The notes: generated by a model not told the origin, from the sequence alone. Numbered from the stretch's first letter, positions 38,480 to 51,654 are shown. The stretch is 64,000 nt of DNA from Klebsormidium nitens (GCA_000708835.1 DF237403.1:11771-75770), one strand, 5' to 3'. Made by a program: numbers and translations.

Positions 38480-38945
38480 CCAGCGCCGCTTGACCACGAC
38501 CACTGGGTAACCCCCTCGTGATACCTCCTCCTTCCATTCCTCCTCTTCCACAGAATACCCACGAGTTCCCCGAGCATTCTCCGCGCACTCTCCACGCCCC
38601 ACTCCCCCCGCCCTTAAAGTACAGATTACATCTCCCGTAGCAACTTGACGACGACCACCCGAGCACATTCCCGGCCACAAAAACACCACTCCGCCTCACT
38701 CCCCCCCACCTCAGGTGCACTTCTTCTCCCGGGGCAGCTTGACGACAACCCCCTGTGCAAAAAAACCACCCCGTCTCACAAACACCCCCCCCCCCCCGGC
38801 GGGTGCACTGTACTTCTCCCGGGGCAGCTTTACAACGACCAACCGAACAAATTCCCGGCCAAGAAACCTCACACAACTCCCCCCCTCAAACCTGCCCCCT
38901 AAGGTGCATCTACTTCTCCCGGGGCAGCTTGACGACGACCACGGG
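38480..38945 (-). repeat. ~95-bp tandem copies of the USP terminal codons and stop region in the 3' flank, with poly-G runs on the coding strand
   Basis: + strand CTTCTCCC(C)GGGGCAGCTT..C.AC.ACC at ~38912 (true), ~38812 and ~38719, with more decayed copies at ~38630 and ~38485. Confidence 0.85.
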
Positions 38946-41522
38946 GCAGTCCGTCTCTTCGACCACGTGCGCGCTCACGCTGCCTGAGAAGAGCCGCTGG
39001 AACTTCCCGAGCCCCCGGTGCCCGATCACAATCAGGTCCGTACCGTTCTGCTCGGCGGCGGTCACAATCTTCTCCTTAGCGTTGCCGAAGTAGACCTGAA
39101 CAGAACGAACACCGATATCTTCAGCCTAGTCTTGTTGTTCTTGTATATGTTTGCGTTGCTTTCAGTCTGGCCGGGTTGTGACGTCGTTTAGGAAGCTGGA
39201 ACCGATTGCTCTGATGTTGACGCACACTTAATGGTGTTCGACTCATTGTAAAGCTCTGTACAGCAGTGGCCAAGTTTTGCGTTGCCCCTGTCATCATCTA
39301 CTCATGTTGAGGTGAAACGTACTACTTGAGAGCCGATCTTAGTCGTAATCGCTTCTCAACAACTAGACCAGAATGGCAACGTAGAGTCTCACTCAAGTCC
39401 TCAGGCTGGCATATGCGGTGAACAGCTTCGCAAGCTATTACTATACAAACAAGCCAGCAAAGGTGCGGAGAGTGACCTGTGCGAAGATTGTCAGCTTCAG
39501 GTCCTTCGAAAGCTGCTCGAGCTCCGCGAGGAGCTCGGGGGTGAAGCCCTTCAGCCCGAAGCTCTGCAGAAAGGCAATCAAATCTGGTTAGGTTAGACCA
39601 AACGGTTCACCATGTGCGCCTTAACCCAGTAATCTGATAGATAAAGATTCGCAAGAGGTGCATCGTAGTCCAAAGCTCTGGAGAATGCAGTGAGTTTCAC
39701 TCAAGTTCAATCGAGGCGGTTTTCCACGTGCTGACCAATGACGTGGCTGAGGACTTGTCGAAATGAGGAGTCGAGGGTGAAGCGCTTTAGCCCAAATGAG
39801 GGCTCAAGGTTACTTCAAACTAGCTTACAACAGGTTTTTAGTGGTCAAGCAGTGCCAGCGTGCAAAAGGAGGGCGGCTAAATCTGAGGTTCTGTAAACAG
39901 GCCAGATAACAAGTCAAGATGAGCAAGATGAAATCACTAATCAAGATGGCCAGAAGCTCGAGATTGAGACAAGCTGGCGCAGAGGGAGGGGCAGGGATGC
40001 GCATCTACGGTGGTTTGTGATTGGTCTCGGGTTCTTCCACAGAGTCTGGGCGGAAGAAGAGGAGAGGAGAGAAGCAAAAAGCTACTGCAAGGAGCACAAA
40101 TAAGTGTAGCACTGCAGCAAAATACTTTGGGCTGGACTCTTAGAGGCTTAAAAGTACTGGAGGCAACTTTCGTGAGGCTCGTTACGGGGTCAATCAGGCG
40201 CTGTGCAGAATATGTGGCAACAGGCAGTAATCCAAGGACGCAGTCTGAACCCCTAGCGGTTATAACGATGATGGGGCCTTCACATTAGGTGTACGTTGCT
40301 GAGGTTCCAGTATATCAACATCAAAACCTTCTTCAAAGCAATCTCTCTGAAAACAAGTCGGGCCAACAACTCAAATCAGTAATCACCTTCATGGACTTGT
40401 TGTGACCTCATTGGATTTTGAACAGGTAAATGCCCAGACTTAAATATTCCTTCGCTCAGAGCCTATCAAGAGCAACCCTTGTCCTTCTCAAAAAACAGTT
40501 TGGCATTGCAATGCTGATATATCCTGAGAGATGCTGGATTAACACAGCATTACACGTTTGGTCTCGATCCAGCTTGTGTTTCAGTGTTGGTGTCGTAAAA
40601 TGGTGAAGCAGAGATTACTGTGCTTCACGATTCACAAGTCCCATGAGCATTACAGAAAAGACTCTGCCCTAGTTTTGGCAATTATCAGAAGGATCGATGA
40701 AGTCTTTCATATTTGTGTTTATGCAGAGCCCGCGCAGCCTCACCGCAAGCGAGCCAAACTCCATGAGCGGGATGAAAGGTGTGCCCCCCTTCTCCCACAT
40801 GAGCGCCTTTGCGCTGTAGTCGCCCGTCTCTTCCTCCTTGGGCCCCACATAGAGAATGAGCACGTTGTCACCAAATCGCACCACGTTCTCAATGCCCCAC
40901 TTGACAGCGTACCAGCTCTCTGGCCCGCCGTCCATGGCAATCATGATCTGCTCAACAAGTTGATGGGGATCAGATATAGGATGTGAATTGTAGCCATTGG
41001 TCTTGGGACACAACATAATTTTGTTCCAAGGGCCTGGATAAGGTGTGTAGGTTTAGGTCTTTCCATTTGAGTGTTTCAAGTCAACATTTATTGAAGGCAA
41101 TCGCTGCAAGTTTGTCTAAATATGAAGTGGTTGTGCAGCCCAAACAAGAAAGCACAAAGAAGGCAGAAAGACAAGATGAAAGAAGAAAATCTAGATGAAA
41201 AGCTTGAATGCTCTGGTTTGGTGTTTGGGCACTTCCGAGGATTGTCATTGGAATATAATGTTGCATATCAGAGAACAGTTCACAAAGGAGAGCAGGCATA
41301 CCGCAGCATTGCATATATGGTAGGAAAAGATGCTGACCAAACAATGAAGAACCACAACATTCGATCTTGAAAAATCTGCAATTGATGCGGGCCTTCTCAC
41401 AGTCTCTCGCATTGGGAAGCACCAATCATATTAAGAAGCACTGCATGCAACTCTGCAGATCAATTGGTTGGCATTCATTGTCTTACCTTCCGTGCATGCA
41501 GGTCTGCGTGAGCTCCAGCCAT
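38910..41522 (-). CDS. Universal stress protein (UspA-like)
   Basis: Frame-consistent exons 41522-41487, 40947-40744, 40346-40295, 39583-39477, 39095-38910. N-terminal RKIMIAMDGGPES and C-terminal GNAKEKIVTAAEQ..TDLIVIGHRGLG....FSGSVSAHVVEETDCPVVVVK are USP-domain motifs. Confidence 0.88.
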
Positions 41523-42231
41523 CCTGAGCTCAACGTCTGCAGAGTGCGGAAATGAGCCCAGGTATGAGCAAGGTGACTTCGAGAAAGCTTGATTACTGTG
41601 ACAAAGTGGATTTTTCGTGGGCGCCCACAGCTCGTTTTTTCCCTTCCAAGTCTGTCAATTCTGACATTGACAGAATCAACAATGAATTATGAAGGCAACT
41701 GTTGTACGCGTGGGCGGCCGCGGCGCCCGGTTGCAGGGACCATCTCCTAGCATCGCTGGGGTTTGGCAGGGCTTCGCTTTGACAGCCGGATCTTTTAGAC
41801 CGGGGGTATCGGGACGACCAACCTGCCAAAGTAAGCTGATGAGGCCGGCCGCGGGACAAGAGGCATGTTCAATCGTAGGGCTCAAATCTGTCCTTAGGCC
41901 TCAGACGGTTTGTATTGAAGATTCTCTTTGGAAGGTCTTCCTGCGCCGCTGCGGCAGACAGGTGTCAGCCACTGTCAGGGACTTCCTGCGCTTTTGCACT
42001 GGCGCAGGCTGGCATCTCACACACCACTGGCGCCTTCCGCCTTTCTCTGGTTCTTAGTTCTACTTCCTGGAATGGCTGCACGGCCGCATTGTCCTCGGTC
42101 TGCCAAGCAGGCGGCGAGGATGGCAGCCTTCAAGGAGGGGGCAATCAGAGCGTTCAGTTGACTTTTCGCTTGACGCGGCAGGGGAGTGAGCGAGGGCAGT
42201 GTTAGATCAAAAGGTTCTGGCCGAGATCGAG

Positions 42232-45200
42232 ATGGCACTGACGAAGAGTGTCTGCGGGAGCCGAGGGATTGAAAGTCTCTGCACGGCAAGATTAGAGAGT
42301 CAGGCTAGACGAGTCACCCTTTGCTGCCTGCCTTTCCAGGTGAGTTCACGGAACCGCCCGTTCTCTAAAGGGCACCCTACATTTGGAATCAATGGCACTG
42401 GATTCACCTTTGTGACGTCCTTTGAAACTTCGTTGTTTGGATTTGCAAGGGTTTTCTTCTGCTAAAAGTCCCCCTTGTCCAGATTCGTGGATACTGGTAG
42501 CTGGATGTAGACGTATTCGTCCCATTAAATTCCTTGCTGTGCTAAATCTTTACGGATTCAAGCATGGATTGCTGCCTGGGTGTATAGAGTAACTTGCTAA
42601 GCCAAGAGCGTTGATCTTCTACTTCCATATGAGTCATTCAGACACAAGATGGTCTCTCTCACGACCGCTTCTCACATGCTAAGGAGCCTGAGGATGGGAC
42701 TTCCTCCGGAAGTTTGGAACATTGAAACGCTTTATTAAGCTCGTGCTTCCTTCGCAACACTCTTAATTGTCAAGGTTTCCTTATAAGTTGCCAACCTGAA
42801 TTTTGTTTCTTCAGGCAATCCCAAAACCCCAAGGCCGCCCTCCAGGCCCCCGGCACTCTTCTCGTAGCTCTTCTTCATACAACCGTCAGCATTCACAACC
42901 ACAGCAGCTCCCCAAGTCAACATCCTTTATTAGAAACGTCAAAGTCTGTGCAAGCAGCAAGGGCGGAAGCAATGGCCATGTTGACAGCGCAAACGCAGAG
43001 CAAAAGGATCAGGGAGAAGGCGGCGAGTCCACAAATGGGGAGGGCAATGGCAGGGGGCCAATCTATGTGGAAGATGGAGACAGGCCGCCCCCGGGACTGG
43101 CAGCTGCAGCGAGACAGCAGTCAGAGCCTCAAATAGAGCCTGACGGAGGTGTGCCGCTCCCCTTCAAATCAGAACTACAGTGAAGTTTATATGCTTGCCT
43201 TGTCTTGATGGCAAGGATCGTTCGGACAGTGGTTCAACTCTTTCTAGTTCTTCACCGCAGTTGCATGGGAGTGAGGCAAAAGGATCTGTACTCACAGCAG
43301 CATCGGATAGTGTTTTTCAATCTGTTTATGGACCATGTGGCTTGTGAGATAGTGCCAAAGTCGTTAAGATGCTCCATGCTGTGGCAGGCAGCGGAGAGTG
43401 TGAAGACTACGACTTCAGCCTCACACAGTCGGTTGATTGTTGCGCCAATGAAGAAGCTGTAGAAGAGTCAATCACGATTCTGTGGCTGGGTGCAGCTTGA
43501 TTAGTTTCTGCTCCTGACATGCCAACCGAGCTTCTTGCTGGTACTCATGTTGTGTGTATGCACAAGTTTTCAGTACGGTGATATACCTGTGAGCTAGACG
43601 CTTTTGAGCCGTACCGTACGTGAGCTAGCAGACAAGCTGAGAGTTCCTGAGCCTGTGCTTTGATTGCAGATCACAAAATGCTGGCGGCTGTTGACATGGG
43701 GACGAACTCGTTCCACATGGTCATAGTGCGGGCCGATGCAAAAGGTCGCTTCCAGATTGTCGATGTGGTGAGCTTTAAGAACCTAGCTCTTTAGTAGCCT
43801 GGTAGTCCCAAGTATATACGGAGGTGTTGAGAGCATCTGTCCGAGGATGGTCTATGTGTGCTGCATACTGAAAGTTTTCACAGACCTTGACCGTGGGAAC
43901 ACATGTTTGTTCGTTTATGAGCACCAACAGCGTGGTTAGAGATGCTGATACTGCTCTGCTGAGGTTTCTGTGTCTTAGCTTCAATGGTGTGACACGACAT
44001 GCTCTGCAGATTCCGGTCTAACATCTCACAGGAGAGAGAGCGTGGGGGCATGGATCTATGTCACTGAACCCCATCTCAAAGATTCGCCTGTAGGTTGACC
44101 TACATTTCGGGCCAACATGTGGCCCCCGTCAACTTGACCACATGAGTAGATCAGCCATATGTTCAACCGGAGGTTCTTTTGTGGTCTGACATGATCTCAT
44201 GTCGTTGCATCTGCGTCTCAGGAGAAGGATGATGTCAGGCTGGGGAAGGGCAGCATGGGGTTCAGCATCATTCACCCTGACGCCGAGGAGCGCGCGATCG
44301 CAGCCATGAGGCGATTCCAGAAGATTGCTAAAACCAGGAACGCTTCGATGAGAGTGGTCGCAACATGTGAGCGCGCCTCTCAAAGGTTCAGGTCAATGGA
44401 TTTCTAACGGAATCCAGTGCCAGATTACAGCAGGTTTCGGTTTTCAAGGGGTGCAGAGACCTGCTGTGCCTTTAATCGTTCCTCTGCTTAAGTGATCCGG
44501 TCGATGAGAGTGGTTGCTGCATACAAGTCCTTTCACGAGTACAGGGAACGGGATCGGCTTGTTTGTATCACTCAAAACTAGATATCAGAAATCGGCTTAT
44601 CGACTTTGTATTGGAGAAAAGAAGGAGCTCTCGAAGTTGACGCAGTTCAGCCATTGTTCCCAAGTTCATGGTTGTCTCTAATAGAAACTGCACGACCGCC
44701 TTGTTTCGGGAGCAGCCAGCCCAAAGAGGCCTTGTGGTTGTCACAACACTGCCTGGTAGTGATCTTCGTACTTCTGTTTGCAGCTGCGGTCCGGGAGGCA
44801 AAGAACCGAAGGACATACATCCGGCGAGTCAAGGAGGAGACAGGAATCGATGTCGAGGTAAGCCCTTTCAAGAAGCTTGCAAAGCGCCATGCTCGAATTA
44901 CTGATGCGCAGACCGGTTTCTGTAAGGCTTTTGCTTTGGGGCTAGACTTGAAAAGAAGGCATGGCTCACCCCGGGTTTTTGGGTGCCAGCACATCCAAAC
45001 CTCGTTCTTCCCGGGAGGCCGCGATCTGCCTGCCTTTGAAATCCTGTATGCTACTCTATCTAGATCGGTCAATTGATCTAGATCAGTCGATTATGGAAGC
45101 GTCCGCGAAAAGAGGTGAAGCAGCCCGCGTGAAAGAGATGACCACCAAGCGCCGGCTCTCCTATGCTAGGGCGTTCACATCACGGTTTGCAGGCTGACCG

Positions 45201-48200
45201 TTCCCCCAAAACGCTACCTTCCCCGATCGATAATCTCCAACCCCTCGAGAATCTCAATCCTGCTGCTCTTCTCTTCTGTCCAGATCCTGTCGGGCAAAGA
45301 GGAGGCTTGCCTGATCTATCTGGGAGTTCTGCAAGCCCTCCCCGTCTTCGAAAAAACCGTCCTGACCGTCGATATCGGAGGAGGCTCTACCGAATTCGTC
45401 GTGGGCCGGCAAGGGGAGCCGCTTTATGCCACGTCGCTGAAGCTCGGGCATGTGCGGTTGACGGAGCAATTCCTAGGGAGTGGGAATGAGCCCCTGCAGA
45501 GGTCGCAGGTGGGGGTGTGAACACTTTGCGAACGGCGCTTCGAAGATTCGCTGCTTCTCTGCTGACTTTCAAGACGTTATATGCAATGAGTTGCCGCATC
45601 TTCCGGTCGAACGTTTCATTGCAAAGGGTGGACAAGGGATGAAGCGCTCTTAGCAGTTCCTATTGCCAAAGACGGTGGTATCGTTTCGGGCTTGTCGTGA
45701 AAATTTCCTCCGAGAACATTGAACGACAGGGCAACCCAGGAAGATCCTGTGAGCTACTGCTTTTCTGCACATGTTGAAATGTCTGCAAGTCGTCGTTCAG
45801 ATTCCCAGTCCCTGCGCCGGTACGCCTGTTTTGCGCCACGAGTGTATACTGAGCGATCCAGGCTACCAGTTTTTTTGGGGATGCTGTCGAGAGGGTCAAA
45901 ACGTTTGCTTTACTTTTTGAAAAGCGCCTTTGGCAAAGGCGTCCGTTGCCATATCCTTCTGATCGCACCTGAGAATCCGAAGGACCTCAGGACATCGCGT
46001 AAACTCAATCTTTCTCACGGTCTCTTTGCCCCATACTGACCATCTTTACGCTCTTGGAAATAAGCTAAGTTACGCACAAGTGTTCCATTGCAGATTGACG
46101 ACCTCCGGCGCCACGTGCGGATAATGCTCGCGGACTCAGGCGTCCTTGACGCAGTCAGCAACCGGCACTTTGATGTCGCGATCGGGAGTTCTGGGACGAT
46201 TGAAACGATTGCGGAAATGATTCATGCCAACGTGGAACCAGAGGGCGTGGAGGGTACGGAGGTGGACAAGAAGGTGGCCGATAAGAAGGGGCGGCAGTTC
46301 AAGGAGGAGGAGTTCACCAAGGAGCAGCTGCAGGGTGACGGTCTTTGCTTTTGCTTTTGTACCTACTCTGCCTGAGACTCTCTTTTCGTTTTTGTTCCTT
46401 GTCCGGAAAGGGTGATGAATTGTGACTTAGTTCTTGCACCTCTTCTAATATGGACTTTTCCTTTTCTTTTCCGTCTTTCTTTTGAGTGTCCAGAAGTTTG
46501 AGTACCAACGAGCAGCTTGCAAAATGGGGACTTTTTGTTTGCTCGTTTTTCCGCTCTTGTGTGTCTTTCTTATCGCTCTTAATGAGTTGACGTTTTCGTT
46601 TGGTCACCAGCTTTCGTTGGAATTGACTCCTCTCCTGCACGCTTGACTGGCAGTCCTTTCTTCTTGCCGCTTGTTTCCTTGAAGCGTGTCACCGTTTTGT
46701 TAGATTTCCAATTTGTAGTGCCGACCGGCTATACTTTTTATCTTTCTTAATCCGCTGAAAGCCACGTGATTGTTTTGATCGCAGCCGTGGTGAAGAAGAT
46801 CCTGAAGGCCAAGACGAACGACCAGCACCTTTCTTCTTTTGCTGAAAGCCATGTGACTCCTTCTGTTCCCAGCCGTGGTGAAGAAAATTCTGAAGGCCAA
46901 GACGAACGACCAGCCCCTTTCTTTCTATGCTGAAACCCATCTGATGACTTTGATCGCAGCCGTGGTGAAGAAGATTCTGAAGGCCAAGACGAACGACCAG
47001 CGCGCCAAGATCCCGGGGCTGCAGAAGCAGAGGGCTGACGTCATCGTGGGGGGAGCGATCCTGCTCGAGGAGATCTTTGAGGCCATGAACATCGACAAAA
47101 TGAAAGTGAGGACGGGTCATGATTGGCCGACTCGTAAAGCTCAAATTCTATACAAGTCGTTTGATGGCTCTGCTGTTCTTCAGACTGAACGTTCAACAAT
47201 CGCCTTTCCTCTTCCAATATTTCCAAGGCTCGTATGCGGCGAAATATTTTTAAGGATGTCGAGGTGTGCGTGGAAGATTGCCAAGTGGAATCTAAGCGTT
47301 GGTTCTCCTTTTCATCGGCGCTCAGATTCACGGCGATTGTTCTCAAACCTCTCGCCTCTTTAGAGGTACTCCCGTCCTGTTAGAACCTTCTCAGCGAGAC
47401 CGTGAGCAACTCTGATCTTGGTCTGTGCTAACGTCAGGTAGCACATGTTCTGATGTCATTCCCTTCCTGACAGGTGTCGCCGTACGCCCTTCGGGAGGGC
47501 GTCATCGTTGACGCGCTGTCGCAGACCAACGAGAAACGCAACCAACCGCTGGATTCTTTGACCACAGTCCGTGCTGACGTCAGGACATTTAGTTACTGAC
47601 GTCACTTCTCTCATGACAGGTGTCGCCGTACGCCCTTCGGGAGGGCGTCATCGTCGACACGCTGTCGCAGACCATTGAGAACTTCAACCAGACGCCCGAC
47701 ATCCGGCGCGCTTCGATCCTCAATCTGGCCGCGCGGTTCAACACCGACCGCAGAATGGATTCCGCCATCCACTCCGCGGACCTCGCAAAGGCAAGCGCCT
47801 CCGAACCCGTTACTCGTCTCCAACGTCATGAATCTGCTTTGCTCGGATCGTTACAGTCTGCGGAAAGGTCTGCCAGTTCCTAGAAAGTCTGGTGTTTTCA
47901 AGTACGTCCGTCAATGAAATCTAGACGGGAGTAGTTTGACACTAACCTTGGGAGGTTGCTCGGAAGATGCTTTAGAAGTGTGTCGAAAAGGTCTCCAGAC
48001 TTCCGCTGGAATATCAGTGTTCGCCTTTATTCGCTCTTCGTGCATCAGGTTTAATGAAACTTGCAGGCGTGCGGTAGGGGCACCCTGCCACAATGAAGCC
48101 CTGGTGTAAACTGGAGCAGAGCACTGACAGAGTACCGCTCCTTTCGACCATATGCTGGTGAAGCAATCTGATGACCTGGTTGGTGCCCTTTCCGTGCAGC

Positions 48201-50864
48201 AAATTCTGTGGGGCATGCAGACGTGCCGCACGGGCAGCCAGGACTGCTGCACGGAGCTGGCGCTGTCGCTGGACGACAACGACTGCTTCCTCATGGAGGC
48301 CGCCACCATGCTGCACTACGTCGGCATGTTCGTCTCGCACACCGGCTACCACAAACACTCCTACTACTTAATCAAGGTATGGCCCCCTCGTCTGACGGCC
48401 CACAATTTTCTTTCTTTTTGGCCCCGTTTTATTCTTGTAACTTTTTTGGAGTTCTTACACCAGGGTTCGCTTCCGGTGAGGGGAATTTGAACGCACCTGG
48501 CACTGCGAGGAATGTTCGCTCGCACCCCGGCTACCAAAAACACCCCTACTATCTTAGCAAGGTACGATCGGACTAGGCCTAGAGTGGGGTGGTATGTTCA
48601 ATCTGCTTTTCTCTCGTAAGTGAAGGGTTTCTGAATGCACTTGACAGTGCGGGTAACGTTCGTTTTGCACACTGGCTACCACAAACGTTCGTACTACCTC
48701 ATCAAGGTACGCCCATGCTCGTCCAACGGGCCTCAAGAAGATTGGTTTGCCCAGTCGGGCTTTGCGCTGGGCGGCTTCTGAATGTTTGAGCGTCAAAGAC
48801 AACGAGAGGGTTGTATCGGGTCCGGAACTTAAGGCATACGCTCACTTCGGCGGCTTGGCATCTGCTGGTCAGTTGCTCGTTTGACGGGCTTTCATCCTTC
48901 GGCTTTGAGACGAGGGTCACGAGCGAACGCTTTTCTTCTGCATGTGGTCGATAGTAGCCGTCGGTTGCCACCCTTTCGTGGCGGGTTTCCCTAGACAGGA
49001 TCATCGATTTAGCGGTATCCTCTCAAGTTCGAAAGCAACGCTAACAATCAGGGCTGAGATCACTGTCCCAATACAAGCGCTCTGGCTTGGAGTTGCAAGT
49101 CGCTGACCGATTTCTATTTCTGTTGCACACAGAACAACGAGCACTTGCTGGGCTTCAGTCCGATGGAGATCGAGGTGATTGCGCTGCTGACGCGGTACCA
49201 CCGCAAAAAGGTGCCCTCCAGCAAGCACGAGGCCTTCGCAGAGCTACCGCCGGAGGTACGATCAGCGAGAAACTCTCCCGTATTCGTCTTTCCGTTTTCG
49301 TCCTGAATGTGGTTGTCTGCCGTTCATGTGCTTCCCTTTCTGCCCTTAAGAAGTGGCTCCGCCAGGATATTGATGGATCCCGCCAGGATATGACCGCTCC
49401 AGGCCATCTCGCCATTTCTGGACCTACCCTGTATTCCTCCCCTTGCAAAAGCGGCCCAACGTAACCATAACAGAGGTCGTATTCGAATGCAATCCAGAGT
49501 TTCCGTCGACGCAGCAACAAGACGCACAGATTTTAAGGTCTGTGCAAACGCAAAAAGTGAGTCATTGGGAACAAGCGAGACTGGATAAATTGAGTAGCGT
49601 CCCTAATCTTTATAGCCGCCTGCCTGTCTGCAGATCCAGACCAAGTTTAAGGCCATGTGTGCGATCATGCGCGTGGCGGTCGCCCTAGACCGGTGCGACT
49701 CGTCGACGGTGGAGCGGGTGACGGTGCTGCAAGACCTGCAGTCTTGCGTGCTGGTGAGACCACTGACTTCGCACTGTGTTTTCAGGTCTTTTCGCATGTC
49801 CTCAATCTCCTTCCATCCCGTAAGGCTCTCATGTACCCTCAGTTGGATCAAGTTTCTCTCAAAATCGTTCTTGATTGTCCCTATTCTTATTGTGGTTGTC
49901 TCATCCGCTGAAAGAGGATAGGGTTCAGCACCACCTTCGTTCTTCATCACATGCGTCCTAAGTGCTTTTTCTTGCTGCAAGACAAGAACGGATTGATCAG
50001 CAGCAATTTCTCACTCGCTTGAATTCACCGTCGAGCACACTCACTACCGCCCTTCCAACAAAATGTGTCTTCTTTCAAATTGGCCCCCAGTATTCGCCTG
50101 TGAACCAGATCCTTTTTTCGTTAAGCCGTTTACTGTCCTTCTTATGAGGAAGGGGGCCGGCCCCTTTTCAAAGATACAGGGATTGTCATCCATCCAATAG
50201 CAGCTTTTCGTGCAACACGTTTCCTTTCCTTTTCCGGAGCCAGCTCAAGGCACCACTTTTAAGACTCTCTTGCGGACAGCACTATGACGAACTTTTATCC
50301 CACTAGGACATGTCTTTGCGTGTTCTAAAGGCGGACATTGGCGCAATTTTTCTGCAGGCCGTGACGCCGAAGGTGGACCCGGACACTGGTAAGGCCAAGG
50401 ACGTGTCCCTCGAGGTCTGGGCTGCGACGGCCGAGCTAGAGTTCTTCAACAAGGTGGGTTATAGTCCGCCAGCGCCTGGAACTCAGCTCCTTATTTCGGG
50501 CACCCACTTTCTCGACTAAGAGGCGAGTCCGACCTGCGCATCCATCGACGGGAGTTTCCTGGTTGACGGGCGCTTGGGCTCTCGGTTCGCCGACTGATGG
50601 CCACTTTCGTGCAACGATGTAAAGACCGTATAAGGAAGAAGGCGGGGGGCTTGGGGTGTCTGGCGCCCCCCCGTTTCTGTGTAAGGAAAAAAGGTCGGTA
50701 GACTCGTACCCGGCAGCAGGTCCGCTGGAATATGGTACTAAAGTTGCATGTGAAAGCTGCTTGTCTTTTTGCAGGTGTTCAAAAAGACGGCATCGATTGT
50801 TATTGCTGACATGCACGATGCAGACCAGCTCGACATCGAAGTTTCGAAGAGCCTCAGCTCCTGA
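42232..50864 (+). CDS. ppx: Ppx/GppA phosphatase (exopolyphosphatase / pppGpp phosphohydrolase) with C-terminal HD-like domain and putative plastid transit peptide
   Basis: 14 exons: 42232-42339, 42815-43148, 43670-43767, 44222-44366, 44784-44857, 45284-45508, 46094-46334, 46960-47105, 47620-47790 (GC donor), 48200-48376, 49133-49255, 49634-49753, 50358-50453, 50775-50864. Motifs AAVDMGTNSFHM, ATSAVREAKN, ILSGKEEA.LIY, DIGGGSTEF, SLKLG.VRL, RADVIVGG, ALREGV, LHYVG..VSH.GYHKHSYYLI and RYHRKK. Start codon is inferred. Confidence 0.92.
46765..47005 (+). repeat. Three-unit 87-88-bp repeat of Ppx exon 8 acceptor plus first 42 nt
   Basis: AG|CCGTGGTGAAGAA.AT.CTGAAGGCCAAGACGAACGACCAGC starts at 46785, 46873 and 46960 (true). 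Other Ppx echoes: acceptor 47474 vs 47620, and donors 48377 (true), 48562, 48707. Confidence 0.92.
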
Positions 50865-51598
50865 GCCACGGCTCTATTTCACGACTCTATGTTTGCGTTT
50901 CAACCCGAAGCAGAGGGGGAAGAGAGAGAGTGTGCGAGTCATCTGTAGATAGCCGGAAGGGCGAAAATAGTCGCAAGGTGTGAATCTGGTAAGATGGTCG
51001 AGACAGGCCCAAAGAATTGATTGGTGAGCAGCATTTGGTAAGGTAGAGATGGCTAGGATCCGGTAAGGCTACTGCGCAGCTAGCTAAGGAGTCAGAGTCG
51101 AAGCATGTTACCTGCGCCTATTGGGCTGCCGTCGCTCGATGTGTTTGCGATTTGAGTTGAACTAGATTGTCGACATTTCTAGTATTATTCTAGTGCATAC
51201 TCAGCCGAGCTCAACACATTCCTCACGGCCTTTATGCAAACAAAATGGAAGGAAACCGTTCTTACGGACAGATCTGATCATCTTAGTGCTTCTATCTACA
51301 CAATTACAAATCGTCGTCCATGGTGGCTGACATGATCCTTCACGCAATTGAGCATGACCTTCAAATTGGAGTGCCAGCCATGCTCGCCGGTTTGATTTGT
51401 ATAACGCGGAAGACTGAGGTTGACTTGAACTTGACAAAATACCTAACCATAAATATCTTACATAGCGCAAGTCAACCAATCAACCTAGCTCAGTCTTTCT
51501 CATATATGAAGCAGCACGATCGCGAATTGATCCTGAATCACACATGAGTCTCGATCATCGTGGGCCAGCTAGCCTGGTGTACGTCATGTAGAAGGAGT

Positions 51599-51654
51599 CA
51601 CGTTGGCGCCAACGTGTGCCAGGCGGCGCCGCCTGGCACACACGACAGCTCTAG
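51599..51654. other. Two overlapping perfect palindromes (18 bp and 28 bp) followed by CTAG
   Basis: CACGTTGGC|GCCAACGTG at 51599-51616 and GTGTGCCAGGCGGC|GCCGCCTGGCACAC at 51614-51641, with CTAG at 51651-51654. Confidence 0.85.

Noticed and set aside
41689-42057. 122-aa ORF as the Ppx first exon
   Set aside because: It could splice in frame via a weak donor at 41962, but ATG 42232 with the strong CAG|GTGAGT donor at 42340 gives a more typical presequence. Not excluded without cDNA.
13109-50864. LysM, LptB, EcfT and Ppx as a horizontally transferred bacterial island or operon
   Set aside because: All are intron-rich, on mixed strands and interleaved with core eukaryotic genes (CLPTM1, DAD1). 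Independent endosymbiotic origins are simpler.
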